Source: Mizuhopecten yessoensis (taxonomy: Eukaryota). From it: 64,000 nucleotides of DNA. Made by a program: the position numbers and the translations under genes. The stretch covers positions 1,424,908 through 1,488,907 of the forward strand of contig NW_018407426.1 in NCBI RefSeq assembly GCF_002113885.1, read 5' to 3'. A model generated the notes under the pieces. It had not been told where the DNA came from, searched no databases, and was given only the letters and a program-made list of their open reading frames with translations. Shown here in pieces: positions 38,400 through 51,049 of the stretch. Every line of letters starts with the position of its first letter. The stretch's first letter is position 1.

Positions 38400-39360
38400 T
38401 CCCCTCGGCTAAAGGCAGCCGAAGGTAGCAACTAAGCTGAGAGCATCGCGGACAAGGAACGCTGATGTAGAGGACCTATTCTCTAATAGGAGAATGCAGT
38501 CGTCACTTTCAACTTGTGAAACACGATATTGTAAAAGTGTACTGTAAGTGATGTAGCCATCTTTAAATGTGTTGGCCATACATTTTGAATATTAAAACGA
38601 GCAGTTTCCTTGGCAGTGACGTAATCGACATCACCAAGTAAACACTGACATGTAAAAGCATGAAAACTTGACGCAAATATCATCAAAATGCACCAAGACG
38701 GTTTAAAGTTTTCAAAAAGTAAGTGTCCGCCGAGGAGGACCCCACCCACCCACAGACCCACACTTTTTTTTATTGGGTAGAGAGCACATGCACCCTCATG
38801 CAAAAAACTATTTCCCCTTGACTCGTCACGTGCTGCACGCGACTCGTCCATGTTACCTAGACCTAGCACGTATTTGGACTTCCTTGTAACATGCAGCTAG
38901 AGTTTCAGCTTGCCTTATTCGCCTGGAAATCTGATAGCTCAAATGAGCAGGTAAATTTACCTATCAGTCAAAATGTGTTCATGCAGGCATGTTAAAAAAG
39001 AACAGGAAGAGGCTGAAAAAGAGGCAAAAGGGTCCAAGTTTGGCAACTTCGTCAGAGTATAGGAGAACAGTCGAAAGGAACGGAGGAAGGGATAGGCATT
39101 CTGGCAATAGCAGGGGACTTGTTTATGAGTAAGGTGTTTATAATCACCAACCAAGGACCTGGCATAGTGCTGTGGTCACCCTCTAACACACAGGCCGTCA
39201 TAGTTGAGCTAGCAGTGCCTTGGTAAGAAAGTATGGTGGAAGCATATAAGAGAAAGAAGACAACATTCCACGAAATGTTTGACGACTGATAGCAATAGGG
39301 ATGACGAGATTGGCGCTGCCTGTTGAAGTAGGTTGTAGGAACTTGCAGGACAATCCGTGC
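38400..39360 (-). mobile_element. possible heavily decayed retroelement (DIRS/Ngaro-like?)
   Basis: GC-richer block with weak peptide resemblances (ANLVIPIAISRQTF; RSFRLFSYTLTKLPNLDPF..SFLTCLH). No intact domain. Confidence 0.2.
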
Positions 39361-39373
39361 GAAGGGCTATGAG

Positions 39374-39610
39374 CATTCTCAGTTCCAGGGGTGACGTTCA
39401 CTTGTAAACGATCCCTACCACTGGAATATGTCTTGACAAATCGAATGCACACGGTAAGCTATTTGATTAGTTTCTGGTTTTAAAAATTGACCGATCGCCT
39501 GGCTGATATGTCACCCTTTGAAAATTATAAGAGGATTGACACCCGACTTTAAAGCCAGTAAATTTTACCGTTACGCTGCCGTGGGATTATTCTGATGCTC
39601 GTATCATCCA
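39374..39610. mobile_element. diverged partial copy of the 353-bp MITE family
   Basis: Shares CTGGAATATGTC, GCTATTTGATT, TGACC.ATCGC..GGCTGATA, CCCGACTT.AAA and AATTTTACCGT with the reverse complement of 52648-53000. Confidence 0.65.
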
Positions 39611-40033
39611 CAAAGGCATCTTCGCTAGCCAAGTGTTCACTTCGTATACACCCCACTTACCCTTGGCTCGGTACACACAGCTATATCCGCCAAGAGTAAG
39701 TGGAGTGTATACGAAGCGAATACTTGGCTAACGAAGATGCCGGAAAGGGTGCATGCAAAGTCTTTGATTTCGTCACGACATAACGCAAAAGAGCGAAACC
39801 CCAGAACTTTCGAGGATTGGCCGTGGGAGTAATATGCGTATTGGTAGAAGTACATACAGAACATGTATACAGCAACTGTTTGGTATATTATGCCACAAGG
39901 CGGAGGCACCTCAATAGAATCACAATGGCTGTGGAAGAGGCGAACAGAACAGTGGCCATCACAGAAACTGTAGTAAAGTCACTCCGTGTCGGGAAGTGTA
40001 AACAGGATTGGTGAGAGGCTGTGGTGTTAACGC

Positions 40034-40824
40034 CATCCTCTTGATTCTAGGGATTACCTCACATACGTCCTCTGCACCCCTGGGATATATCACATCGAAA
40101 ATATAGGTACGAGGCTGGCTATTTGATTGGTTTCCGCTACAAAAACTGACCAATCTCTGGGCTGATACTTGTCCTTTGAATAATACAGAGAAGCGACATC
40201 CGACTGTAAAACTGGTCAATTTTACCGTTATGCTGCAACGCGATTCTTTTGTTATACATCAAAGATCAGACTAGTTCTCGTGTAACATCAGCACGAGATG
40301 GTACATACCGAGCCACCAATTTTGTTATGACACATTCCACGGGTGTAGAGAACTGAAGTGTGGCGCACGTCTATTGACCAATTTTGTTATGACACATTCC
40401 ACGGGTGTAGAGAACTGAAGTGTGGCGCACGTCTATTGACCAATTTTGTTATGACACATTCCACGGGTGTAGAGAACTGAAGTGTGGCGCACGTCTATTG
40501 ACCAATTTTGTTATGACACATTCCACGGGTGTAGAGAACTGAAGTGTGGCGCACGTCTATTGACCAATTTTGTTATGACACATTCCACGGGTGTAGAGAA
40601 CTGAAGTGTGGCGCACGTCTATTGACCAATTTTGTTATGACACATTCCACGGGTGTAGAGAACTGAAGTGTGGCGCACGTCTATTGACCAATTTTGTTAT
40701 GACACATTCCACGGGTGTAGAGAACTGAAGTGTGGCGCACGTCTATTGACCAATTTTGTTATGACACATTCCACGGGTGTAGAGAACTGAAGTGTGGCGC
40801 ACGTCTATTGACCAATTTTGCTAT
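40034..40824. mobile_element. copy of the 353-bp MITE family whose right TIR region is expanded into a tandem array
   Basis: 40034-40370 aligns colinearly with the reverse complement of 52648-53000. Confidence 0.8.
40315..40820. repeat. 62-bp tandem repeat, 8 identical units
   Basis: ACCAATTTTGTTATGACACATTCCACGGGTGTAGAGAACTGAAGTGTGGCGCACGTCTATTG x8. Confidence 0.95.
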
Positions 40825-42112
40825 CCAAAAATAGTGTCGTTACATCGTCGACTTGGCAGGATATCTTGTGTAATATACGGAACTCTAACGCGCCATGCCA
40901 TTTTTATCTAAACTTATAATCAATACTCATGATTAAGGTTCAAAGCCCGTTTACTGTGACATTGTATATGACGAACGTCCAGGCTTCGTGTGAAGCCAGA
41001 GGGTCTAAATGACATGTTTCTGATAGCTAGAACTGTTATCAGTAAGCAAAGCATATTTCATCAAAATTATAACATAATTAGAAGACTTTGAATTTAATGA
41101 GATCGCCATCTCTTATTAAGGAATGCTAATGTTAGCTATGTTCGCTGGTAAAGGTGGTTATCTTATTTATTTATGATTACTTATAAGATAATTCATTGCT
41201 ATATAAGAACCTTTGTTCATTCTGAACAGGGCATCCTACAGTAAATAAAACAGAGTTAATTGAAAATCAAATTGTATACAGTAATCTTGAAAGTCGTCGA
41301 AATGCTTGTTTTGTTTACGGTGACACTTCAAATGCATATGGCAATCCGAATTGTGTGATACCGGCTGTCAGTTGAACCCATTCCAGGTAAACAAATTTAA
41401 CAAATAAAGTTTATTGGTTTTGTAAAAAAAAAAAAAATCAAAAAATCTTGAAAACCAGATTTCTAGACTTAAACAATCGTCATCAAAAGGTTATAAATCA
41501 CAATGCTACCGTTATACAAAATAACTAACGCTGGTGTAGTGCATGTCGTCTGAGGTTCTGACCTTGAACTAACGGCGGTTTTATATACAAAATAAACGAC
41601 AGACTTTCGGGTATTTCCCAGCTTACGATACTCTCGGCTTTCTGCAATTGAAGTGAAAAGTACCGCCAATAAAGATCAAGAAAATATCAAACACTAAAGC
41701 ACTTTCAAATATTGATTTAGTTCTTTTTAATGTTAAAATGTTAAATTTCATAAATCCGAAACATATAGGCATTTTCTCGGCGCGAGATGTGAATGTACAC
41801 ATCATATCAGAAATGTGTGAAAAGTATAATCAATCAAATAGGAAACTTGATTACAGCAGATCAAATACCATAACCCTAAAACTCTGTCCAAAACGGTGAT
41901 CTCGATGAAGATATTTTTAACGCTAATTTGATAAACTTACCAGAAAGTATATATGCATACTTCATTGAAAACGCTAATCATTTACCCTTTACATACATTG
42001 CGTGTTTAGAAAACCCTCACAAATATTTGCCTTTAAGCTTTGAAAAAAAAACTTTTTTTGAAGTGAAAGTCACTCCTTTCAGGAAATATTTAAAATATAA
42101 ATACGTGTAAAC

Positions 42113-42640
42113 AGTCTACATCAGCATCTGCCGGTTTCATAATTTGGTCACATTTCTAAAAAATATCCTTCAATCTCATGTCTCTTACTATCCTTTCTCT
42201 GCATACTATGATACATTATCTTGTTTGGTCTCAAATTTTAGTCTGACCTTGTCAGGTCGGGTTTCTTTGGTCTGATCCCAAAGCTAGTCTACATCAGCAT
42301 CTGCCGGTTTCAAAATTAGGTCTCATTTCTCAATAATATCCTTCAATATCATGTCTCTTCCCATCCTTTCTATGCACAATATAAAATATAAACTGGTTTG
42401 GTCTCAAATTTGGACTGGCCTGGTCAGGTCAGTTATCTTTGGTCTGTCTCTCAAATTGTCTTGTCTTTTTGGTCTGGTCTCAACAATTAAAAAGTGAACA
42501 CATTTTGGTCTCTGATCCTTGGGCCAGACCAGACCAGACCAACCATTGAGACAAAACTAATGGGACCAGAACAGACCTGACCAAAATTTGGAACCGAACC
42601 AAATAGACCAGGCAAGAAAAACCAAACCAGACAAGACCAT
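42113..42640. repeat. ~173-bp tandem duplication followed by (GGTCT)/(AGACC)-rich inverted segment
   Basis: AGTCTACATCAGCATCTGCCGGTTTCA at 42113 and 42286; AGACCAGACC-rich tract after ~42525. Confidence 0.7.
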
Positions 42641-43286
42641 TTTTATCGTTTGCCTTCTTTCTCCTTTTCCACCTGCAACTTCCTTTCTTCTCACTAAAAA
42701 TGACCAATTATTTAATATTATTGACAATTTGCATGTGTTAAATTATCTCTGACGTATCGATACAACTCGGCACAAATATGCGTATGCTTTAAATTTTAAT
42801 TTAAAGAATTAAATGTAAACAAACATTGTTGAAAATTACTTTTATTGCAAGTGCAAAACCTGCAAATATTGATATATATACTTATTACAAAAACAAAACA
42901 ATTATAAAATATGTAATTTTCCAAAACAAATTCTCCACTCATTGCTTGGTTCCCTTTAACGATATGTCATTAACGCAATAGTTCTTCAAGCCTTATATAT
43001 TATGCCGGTATCATCACAGTTGGAACAAATCATTACACAATGGTTATGTTTATAAATATAAACAAAATCACCTGTTAGTTTCCACGTAAGAGATTGTAAA
43101 TACACATACGTGTATTATCGTGGAATAGATAACGTGTTTGGAAAACACTGAGAAACGTTCCAAACTATTTTTGTAATATTTTCCAATCGCAAGCTATATT
43201 TTTTGTCATAAAGTTCAAACAAATGTTGAATCAATCTATCCTTCCATGTTAACAAATTATAGAACATGCTTTTGTGTCTTCTTTAA

Positions 43287-43370
43287 CTCATTCATCTCTG
43301 AAGACACATTTGAACTCTTCCCAATTCAAAGGTTGGAACAGTTCATTATAAAACTTCAGGGGTTAATGAG
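43287..43370. mobile_element. ~83-bp TTAA-flanked MITE (piggyBac-like)
   Basis: TTAA|CTCATTCA...AATGAG|TTAA; same family as 59464 and 60024. Confidence 0.75.
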
Positions 43371-43829
43371 TTAATGCTTAAAAGGCACCGTGATTTAGCT
43401 GTTGATCATTTAGTGCAGTAAAATAGTTACTGTGTGTGGCTCTCTGATTGTTAGTACCGTTGGCGAGTCCTAAATGGATGAAATGACCATTTAGTGCAGT
43501 AAAATAGTTACTTTGTGTGGCTTTCTGCATCTACAAACAGTTATCTTAAATCGGTATTTATTATGCGTATCAAAAGTGGTTGACTTTAGGGTAGACTGTC
43601 AGTCCCCGAACCTTGCCTTGTAGATAGAACTTATTCCGGTACGGTTAAAATGAAATACTAGTTTAAGAATAAATTATCTATTGTATTATCTAAGAGCATC
43701 ACACCGGCATGGTTTATAGGAGCAATAATAACATGTTTGACATATAAATTACCCAATAACACCATGAACATGATGATCAAATAATCGAAAGTGTCTTAAC
43801 ATCGAAAACGTGGTAGAATAATGATGATA

Positions 43830-44545
43830 ATTAACAAATCACTATAGAGTTTCTACTAATGTAAATATAACCACTACAGAGTTTCATACAGTTTATGAAA
43901 ACACTACTGGTAATCTACGAATTTATTTCTAATTCCTACAGTTATATGTTATTGATCAAAAATAACAATAGATAATCTACTAATAAAAACAATCACTGCA
44001 AAACATCTATTATTAAATGATAAATTACTACAGATATTCTACTCCAATTAATGAAAAATCACTACGGATTAACCACTAACTAAAAAAAATGGAATTGATT
44101 ATCTAATAATTTATGAAAGTCACCTCAGATAACATATTTATCAATAAATCACTACAGATAACTTACTAATTAAAAAATCACTTCAGGTAATCTAAGGATA
44201 AATAAAAATGAAAATATATTATCTACTACATAGTAAATAACAAACTATTGCAGATTATCTAATAACTATTAAATCATTACAGATTAGCTAATAATTAATA
44301 ATAAAAAACAACAACACTTTAACTACTTGTGAAAACAAAACTACAGATTATCTACCTTTAAATTACAAATCACTTCTGACTATCTTATCAAAACCAAATC
44401 ACTATAGGCAGCTAACGCCGTCTTTGCTTATAAAACAAATTGTCGAAGATAAATAGATTATCTATTGATTTACAAACACATTCACCACAGGTAATCTATT
44501 AATTGATAAAAATAAATCACTACAGATGATCTACTTATTTACAAA
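43830..44545. repeat. degenerate AT-rich ~32-bp repeat
   Basis: Recurrent AATCACTACAGATAATCTACTAAT-like motif. Confidence 0.6.
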
Positions 44546-45087
44546 TAAAATAACCAAAAAAGGTGTTTTGGAAATATCAGGTATCTGACACACTTACAAG
44601 ATTTTCATTCGGCAGATTCGTGCTGAAAGTCAGAATTATACAATCATAATACCATGATGCCATACGTGATACCTGCATATATTCAATAGCACAACAATGT
44701 TTACAGGTACGTGTGTACGTTTTTAAACTTTTTATTACATATAACACTGGAAAAAAATCGCCAAAAATGCAGAAAACATTATATGTGAACATTTTTTTTT
44801 TATAAAAGTTATAATAATTTAAAAAAAACAATAGAAAATAAACTCTGATAAAAAATAAGCTTTGACAATAAAAAAAAAATCATACTTACTCTTTAATAAA
44901 CTTTAACTATGAAAGCTAATACAGTGTAATAAATATCGAGTTACTGTAAATCGTTAAACAAATCATTGACATGAGACAGCGATTGCATAACGTTGGAGAC
45001 AGGATTCACCTCAATATTGTCAAAGTTCTTACAATAATTACAACTATTAACTATATAAGGGCTGAGACATAGCCAAACACTTTAAAT

Positions 45088-46066
45088 ATAGCACTTCCGT
45101 TGACAACATATTACTTCTGTTGATAACATAGCACTTCTGATGATAACATAGTACTTATGTTGATAACATAGTACAACTGTTGATAACATAGCACTACTGT
45201 TGATAGCATAGCACTTCTGTTGATAAACTAGTACTACTGTTGATAACATAGTACTACTGTTGATAACAAAGCACTACTGTTGATAGCATAGCACTTCTGT
45301 TGATAAACTAATAATGCTGTTGATAACATAGTACTTATGTTGATAACATAGTACTTCTGTTAATAACATAGTACTACTGTTGAGATCATAGCACTTCTGT
45401 TTATAACATAGTACTACTGCTGATATCATAGCACTACTGTTAATAGCATAGCACTTCTGTCGATAAACTAATAATGCTGTTGATAACATAGCACTACTGT
45501 TGAGAGCATAGCACTTCTGTTGATAAACTAGTATTACTGTTGATATTATAGTACTCCTGTTGATAACATAGTACTACTGTTGATATCATAGCACTTCTGT
45601 TGATAACATAGTACTACTGTTGATAACATAGTACTTATGTTGATAACATAGTACTTCTGTTGATAACATAGCACTACTGTTGATAGCATAGCACTTCTGT
45701 TGATAACATAGTACTTCTGTTGATAACATAGTACTTCTGTTAATAACATAGTACTACTGTTGATAACATAGCACTACTGTTGATAACATAGCACTACTGT
45801 TGATAGCATAGTACTTATATTGATAACATAGTACTTATGTTGATAACATAGTACTATTGTTGATAACATAGAACTACTGTTGATAACATTGCACTACTGT
45901 TGATAACAGTTCTTATGTTGATAACATAGTAGTTCCGTTGATAACATAGTACTTATGCTGATAACATAGTACTACTGTTGATAACATAGCACTTTTGTTG
46001 ATAACATAGTACTATTGTTGATAACAAGGTACTATTGTTGATAACATAGCACTTCTGTTGATAAAA
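45088..46066. repeat. 20-bp minisatellite, ~49 units
   Basis: TGATAACATAG(T/C)ACT(A/T)CTGT repeated. Confidence 0.95.
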
Positions 46067-46216
46067 TATTACTTGGATATTTATTACCAAGATACTCTGT
46101 CATATAGAGTAACGACAGAGGCGTGTGTCCATACAATTGGATGACATGATTGCCGGTCCGCATACAAAACGAAATCCTGGGTGAGACCTCTCCGATTCTT
46201 GAAGATAACCGTAATT

Positions 46217-49064
46217 TCAGTCTTCACTGTCACTAAAAAAGTAAATAGAAAATACAGTTGAATACATCATCTGCTCAAAATATACAAGGACAATCCGGGG
46301 AATTTTATCTATTTATTGGAATAAAAGTATAAACGCTTAAATTTAATAGTATAAAACTGTTCTGTCTGAACCTAGTGTTGATAGTGTTTCTGGAAAGTAA
46401 ACGTATCCATACCTGACAATGTCGACAATCTTGTTCAGATTGGCCAGCTTCGTCCGTAGGACATCTGCTGTGTTGTCAGCACTACTGCGAACCCATCCTA
46501 CTAGCCACCGGGCGACTGTGTTATCAAACGTGTCGGACGACTCGTAGTAACCCTTAGAGCTAGACGTGAACAGCATCTCCAACTCGACAGGGATCTTTCC
46601 TTTAAAAAAATAATTAATCGACAATTTTAAAGATTTTTTTTAAAGAAATATGCAATTTTGTATTTTTAGAATAGGATTCAGCCATTCCTAAATTTAAAAT
46701 GAAAACTGAATTTGAAACTGGAGTAAAAATAATTGAATGCCTTGTCTCTCATATTTGTGTACGCTCGTGAAGTTATTTTGAAAAAGTCTTGGTAAGTGAA
46801 TACTTTTTTCTTAATGTTCACGTTAAATCCAAACCGAGAGATAGGCGAACAAGTATTAGACCTGCATGAGGTATTGTCACCTTTTTTAAAAGTAAGGTTT
46901 TCAATTATTCAATTTATGGTTTCTGTTCATAAATGCTACATCTCACACAAATTTACAAGTTCTAGCATTGACTAACCATATTTGCTTGTCAGCATCTTGT
47001 GTAGTTTTCTGGCGGGAATTGGAAGTGTAGAGCCCGTTACATCAGGTGTCGGGATCACACAGTCTCTTATGGCATTGATCCCTGCTTTGATCTTCCTATC
47101 GTCTTCCTCATCCATTGTCTCATTGATTTTATCATCTTGGGCCCTTTGGAATATTGTCCTCACGTCGCTAAATTGATTAGCAATATCCAAGTTGTGCTGC
47201 ATCAACTGATCGGCGGCCTTTTTGAAATCTCGTGTCAGTGTTGCAGTTAAATCACTGAAATGAGCTTCCATCACGTTCATTTTGTTTTCCACACTGCCAA
47301 GTGTTTCCTGTTCAGTATGATAAAAAATATGAACCTTACGGTCACAACACAATCATATATTAATATCTTCAGCACATATATTGACATGCTATACATGTAA
47401 TTTTCGAGTGTTAAACGCTTTAACTGAACAATCACTTGCACGTACAGTTACTAACATTTTAAAACACAATGGTCCGTTTGATTTTGATTTGTCGTTAAAA
47501 GTCATTTGTAATACCGGTATATCTCTGAAAATTTCATTCTTTTGAGAGAGCAATGTATTGATATTCACATTATGTTAACTAATTCTATATTATGTTAATT
47601 AATTCTACACAAGATATATAAATCTGTATAAACATTACAAATTGTCAACATAAAATGCAAAATATATACATTGAATTCAACTGCATAAGAAAATGTTTAA
47701 TTCACAAATTGTGCGTCCAGGTCATCATTACTATGTTTAAAAGTGTCTATTACAGTCGTTAAGATATAATTGAGTCACATGGGTAACATGGCTAAGTATA
47801 ATTCGGTTTTAAAAACGTAATGAATCATCGCCCATTTGGTGCAGTAATTCTTGCTGCATTGTATCCATACACAATAGATATGTACCAATTTGTACGGGTT
47901 TTTTTATCTGATAGATCTACACAATATTTTTTCTTCTAAAGCTCCAGGAGTGTCCCGTAAAACAAAGCCAGATCGTTGTGTTTTGTGTTGGCCAGACTTA
48001 TGATACTGGTATAAACGCTCAACACCCACACACCTACTCAAGTCAATGGGGTCAGACACATAATGATTTCGTCTGCTATAACAAATCTTACAAATCTAAA
48101 GGACCGTGGAAGATTAGCCTTTGTCTTAATGTTATACATATTTTACACCATATTCAATGCCCTAGTAAAATTAAAAAATCTCGATTATTCTTTTAAATAT
48201 GAACTTCCTTTTTCGTATTTTACAGATAATGTAAGATAATCGGTAATGCGTATGTGCACATGATAAGCTATAACCTGTATAGTGAATAACTTGGTATCAA
48301 ATGTAAATGTTTTGTCAATTAACCCGTTTTATGTTTAATATTCCTGTATCTCGTCAGCTTTATATATACACATTTTGTTTAGTGTTCTAAATATGGGATC
48401 TTTTCTAATACACGTATTGCCTTTGGTGACACTATCAACATGTGATTTGTATTTATAGCTCCAGCGAAATTCGTATAAAAATAGATTTGAAAATTTTCAT
48501 TGTCATCTAAACCATCATTGCAATATTATACATTATTTCAACGAGATTTTTTTTTGTTATTAAATACAATGTCTTTGCTTTATGTACAAATAAAATCATA
48601 TCAGAAACAATACCATTTTCAACACTTGATCCTAACTAATTAAATATTCCGAGACTTACCTCCAACCGTCGAACTGTGAGCTCTAGCATTTTCTTGTCAT
48701 CTGCAGCAATATTTAAGGTTTTAATCACGGTGTCCGTGTATATGTCTAATTTCTTAGTATCTATCGTTTCCTCGACCTTAATGACTCCGTCGTCCCCGAA
48801 CATAACATTTTTACAATTTTGTAATATTACAGTTTTCTCCATCTGTTCCACCATGGTCTTGATAACATCCATCAGTTCCTTATTCTGCTTCTGCAGTTCC
48901 TCATTTTCCAACGTTATCAGCCTCAGCTTATGTTCCCGTTCGTCGATCATTGAGGAATCATCCTGCTGACCTTTCGTACAGCTGAAAAGGCTACCTCCAG
49001 AATTGCTCTTCTTTTTCTTCAGACCCGACTTGTTTCTAATTTCACTTCGTTTTTCGGAGGCCAT
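46217..49064 (-). CDS. 312-aa protein with coiled coil, RHIM-like motif and C-terminal death-fold-like region; exons 49064-48660, 47307-46977, 46599-46413, 46232-46217
   Basis: Three long ORF-track blocks join through canonical GT-AG sites (phases 0,1,2) and end ...LNKIVDIVSDSED*. Domain labels come from visual motif comparison only. Confidence 0.8.
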
Positions 49065-51049
49065 TGTATTTGTTTATGTTGTCTCCCTGAAATTAGATTA
49101 TCATTTTCATACCATCAAAATGCAATTTAATTAAAATGCAATGCAAATTGTAAGGAATGTAAATCGTTAGAATCCATCTATTAATTATTACGACATTATC
49201 AATTAAATTAATTATTAATGACTCAATTTTTATCTATGAATTCAGATGCGTTCATGTCTCAATTTAGCACTCCAATCAACGCTTATGTGATTGCACCTAT
49301 ACAATTTGGTAATAGATACAGTATCGGTAAAAATGAATTGCACTGCGTCACACAGATGCTTCCTCCTTCTAGGACACATCAATGAAGCTAGGGGTCAAAA
49401 CAGTGTATTGTCATTGGATTGATACATTAAAATCTTCATTTTTAATCAGATCGTTGATGTTTTTGTTCAAAAATGATACTAAGCATTCTCTTTTTGTCTT
49501 GAAATGACAGCTAACCCAAACGCGTTTAACCCTCTGTAACAATAACGAAATTCAGTCTAAAACGCGTATTTTAAAACTCAAAAATGGAATTCAGATGATT
49601 TCAAAGAGCGATAATTTGGTTTATGAAAATGAAATATGTATTTCATATGAATTGATTAAAGCCATAAAAAGAGCAAACTTTTTTTCTTTCTTAGTCACAA
49701 AAAGTTCATATTCAAAAAGGTTATACCAGTATGTATTTTAAACTATAACTTGGTTAACCAAAACAGACCTTTGAGAAAAAAAACCTATGCAAATTAGATC
49801 ATTATACCAAACGAACTATTAAATTAAAACTACAATATTAACTACATTTTTATCCGACAATAATACGTCTATTTTAATATATGTCTCGTATGTTGTCACT
49901 GCTATGTATTTGTCTTAAAATTGATAATTTAAAGATAATATAAATTCCAAACCCTACTAACGGTATACACACCTACATGGTCGAAATACATTCGAAGGTC
50001 TGACTTACAAACAAAAATCAGTTAACTAGGGCACAATATATCATCAATGATCAAACAAATAGTTAACTTTCAGAATACATAAAAAGCAACAACAAACTTA
50101 GTGATTTTGCACCTACCAGTTGCAACAGTAAGACGCTCCGAAATAGGCTCACTCTCTTATCAAACCGCCATTTTTACCTGTACTATTTTTTATTTGGCCA
50201 CGTTCGTTTTGGCTTATTGCCAGTTTATTGTACATAGAATTGATCTGAGAACGAAAAGGCGAAGTATGTTATATTTACACATGCCATGACACTCGTTTGG
50301 AAATTTCAGTTTGAATTAAATGAGTCCGTCTGGTGATTCTTTTTAATTTAAACAATTATTTGTTAATCAGATATTTTAAAACTACTCGATTTGTTACTGT
50401 CATAAATAATGTTAATGTTTATATTGTAATAAATCTTGGTCTATAATACTTGGAATATATCGGTCAGATATGTACACTAGATCATAGCAGGACAAATATA
50501 TACCCCCTAGTCGGATTGTTGGTTTATTAGACACTAGTAGAGCTTGGAGTTAAGTGATTCATGCTTGTGAAAAAGAGACCCAAGTGCCTTACAGTCACCT
50601 GAAGTAAACCAAACGAATTTGGATGATATACGTGTCTACTGTTTATTAATATAGGATATCCACGAACGTTTGTACCACGAAACGGTCTAAATGGCTTCAA
50701 ATCACAAAGGAAAGTACCCACCGACATTTCGTGTTATACAGTATACAGAGATATATTTCAGTAATAAGTTTTGTACAAAAAGAGTCCTATGGGTATATTT
50801 GCAGACGAAAATAGCGCATAAGTACTGATTTAAAACTGGTTTGATGTCAATTTTCATCAGTCATTCACCAAATGTAGAACGACTTCAATGTTGATGAAAA
50901 TGTAGGAAAAGTAGTTTTTTTAAAGATTTATTAATACGCATTCTGAACCCACTGATGCTCCACCATTAGTAATTGTTTAACTCATCCATATTGAGCACAT
51001 AACCCGATTGAACCAATGAAAGGAGACATTTTTATACACCGATTCCTGT

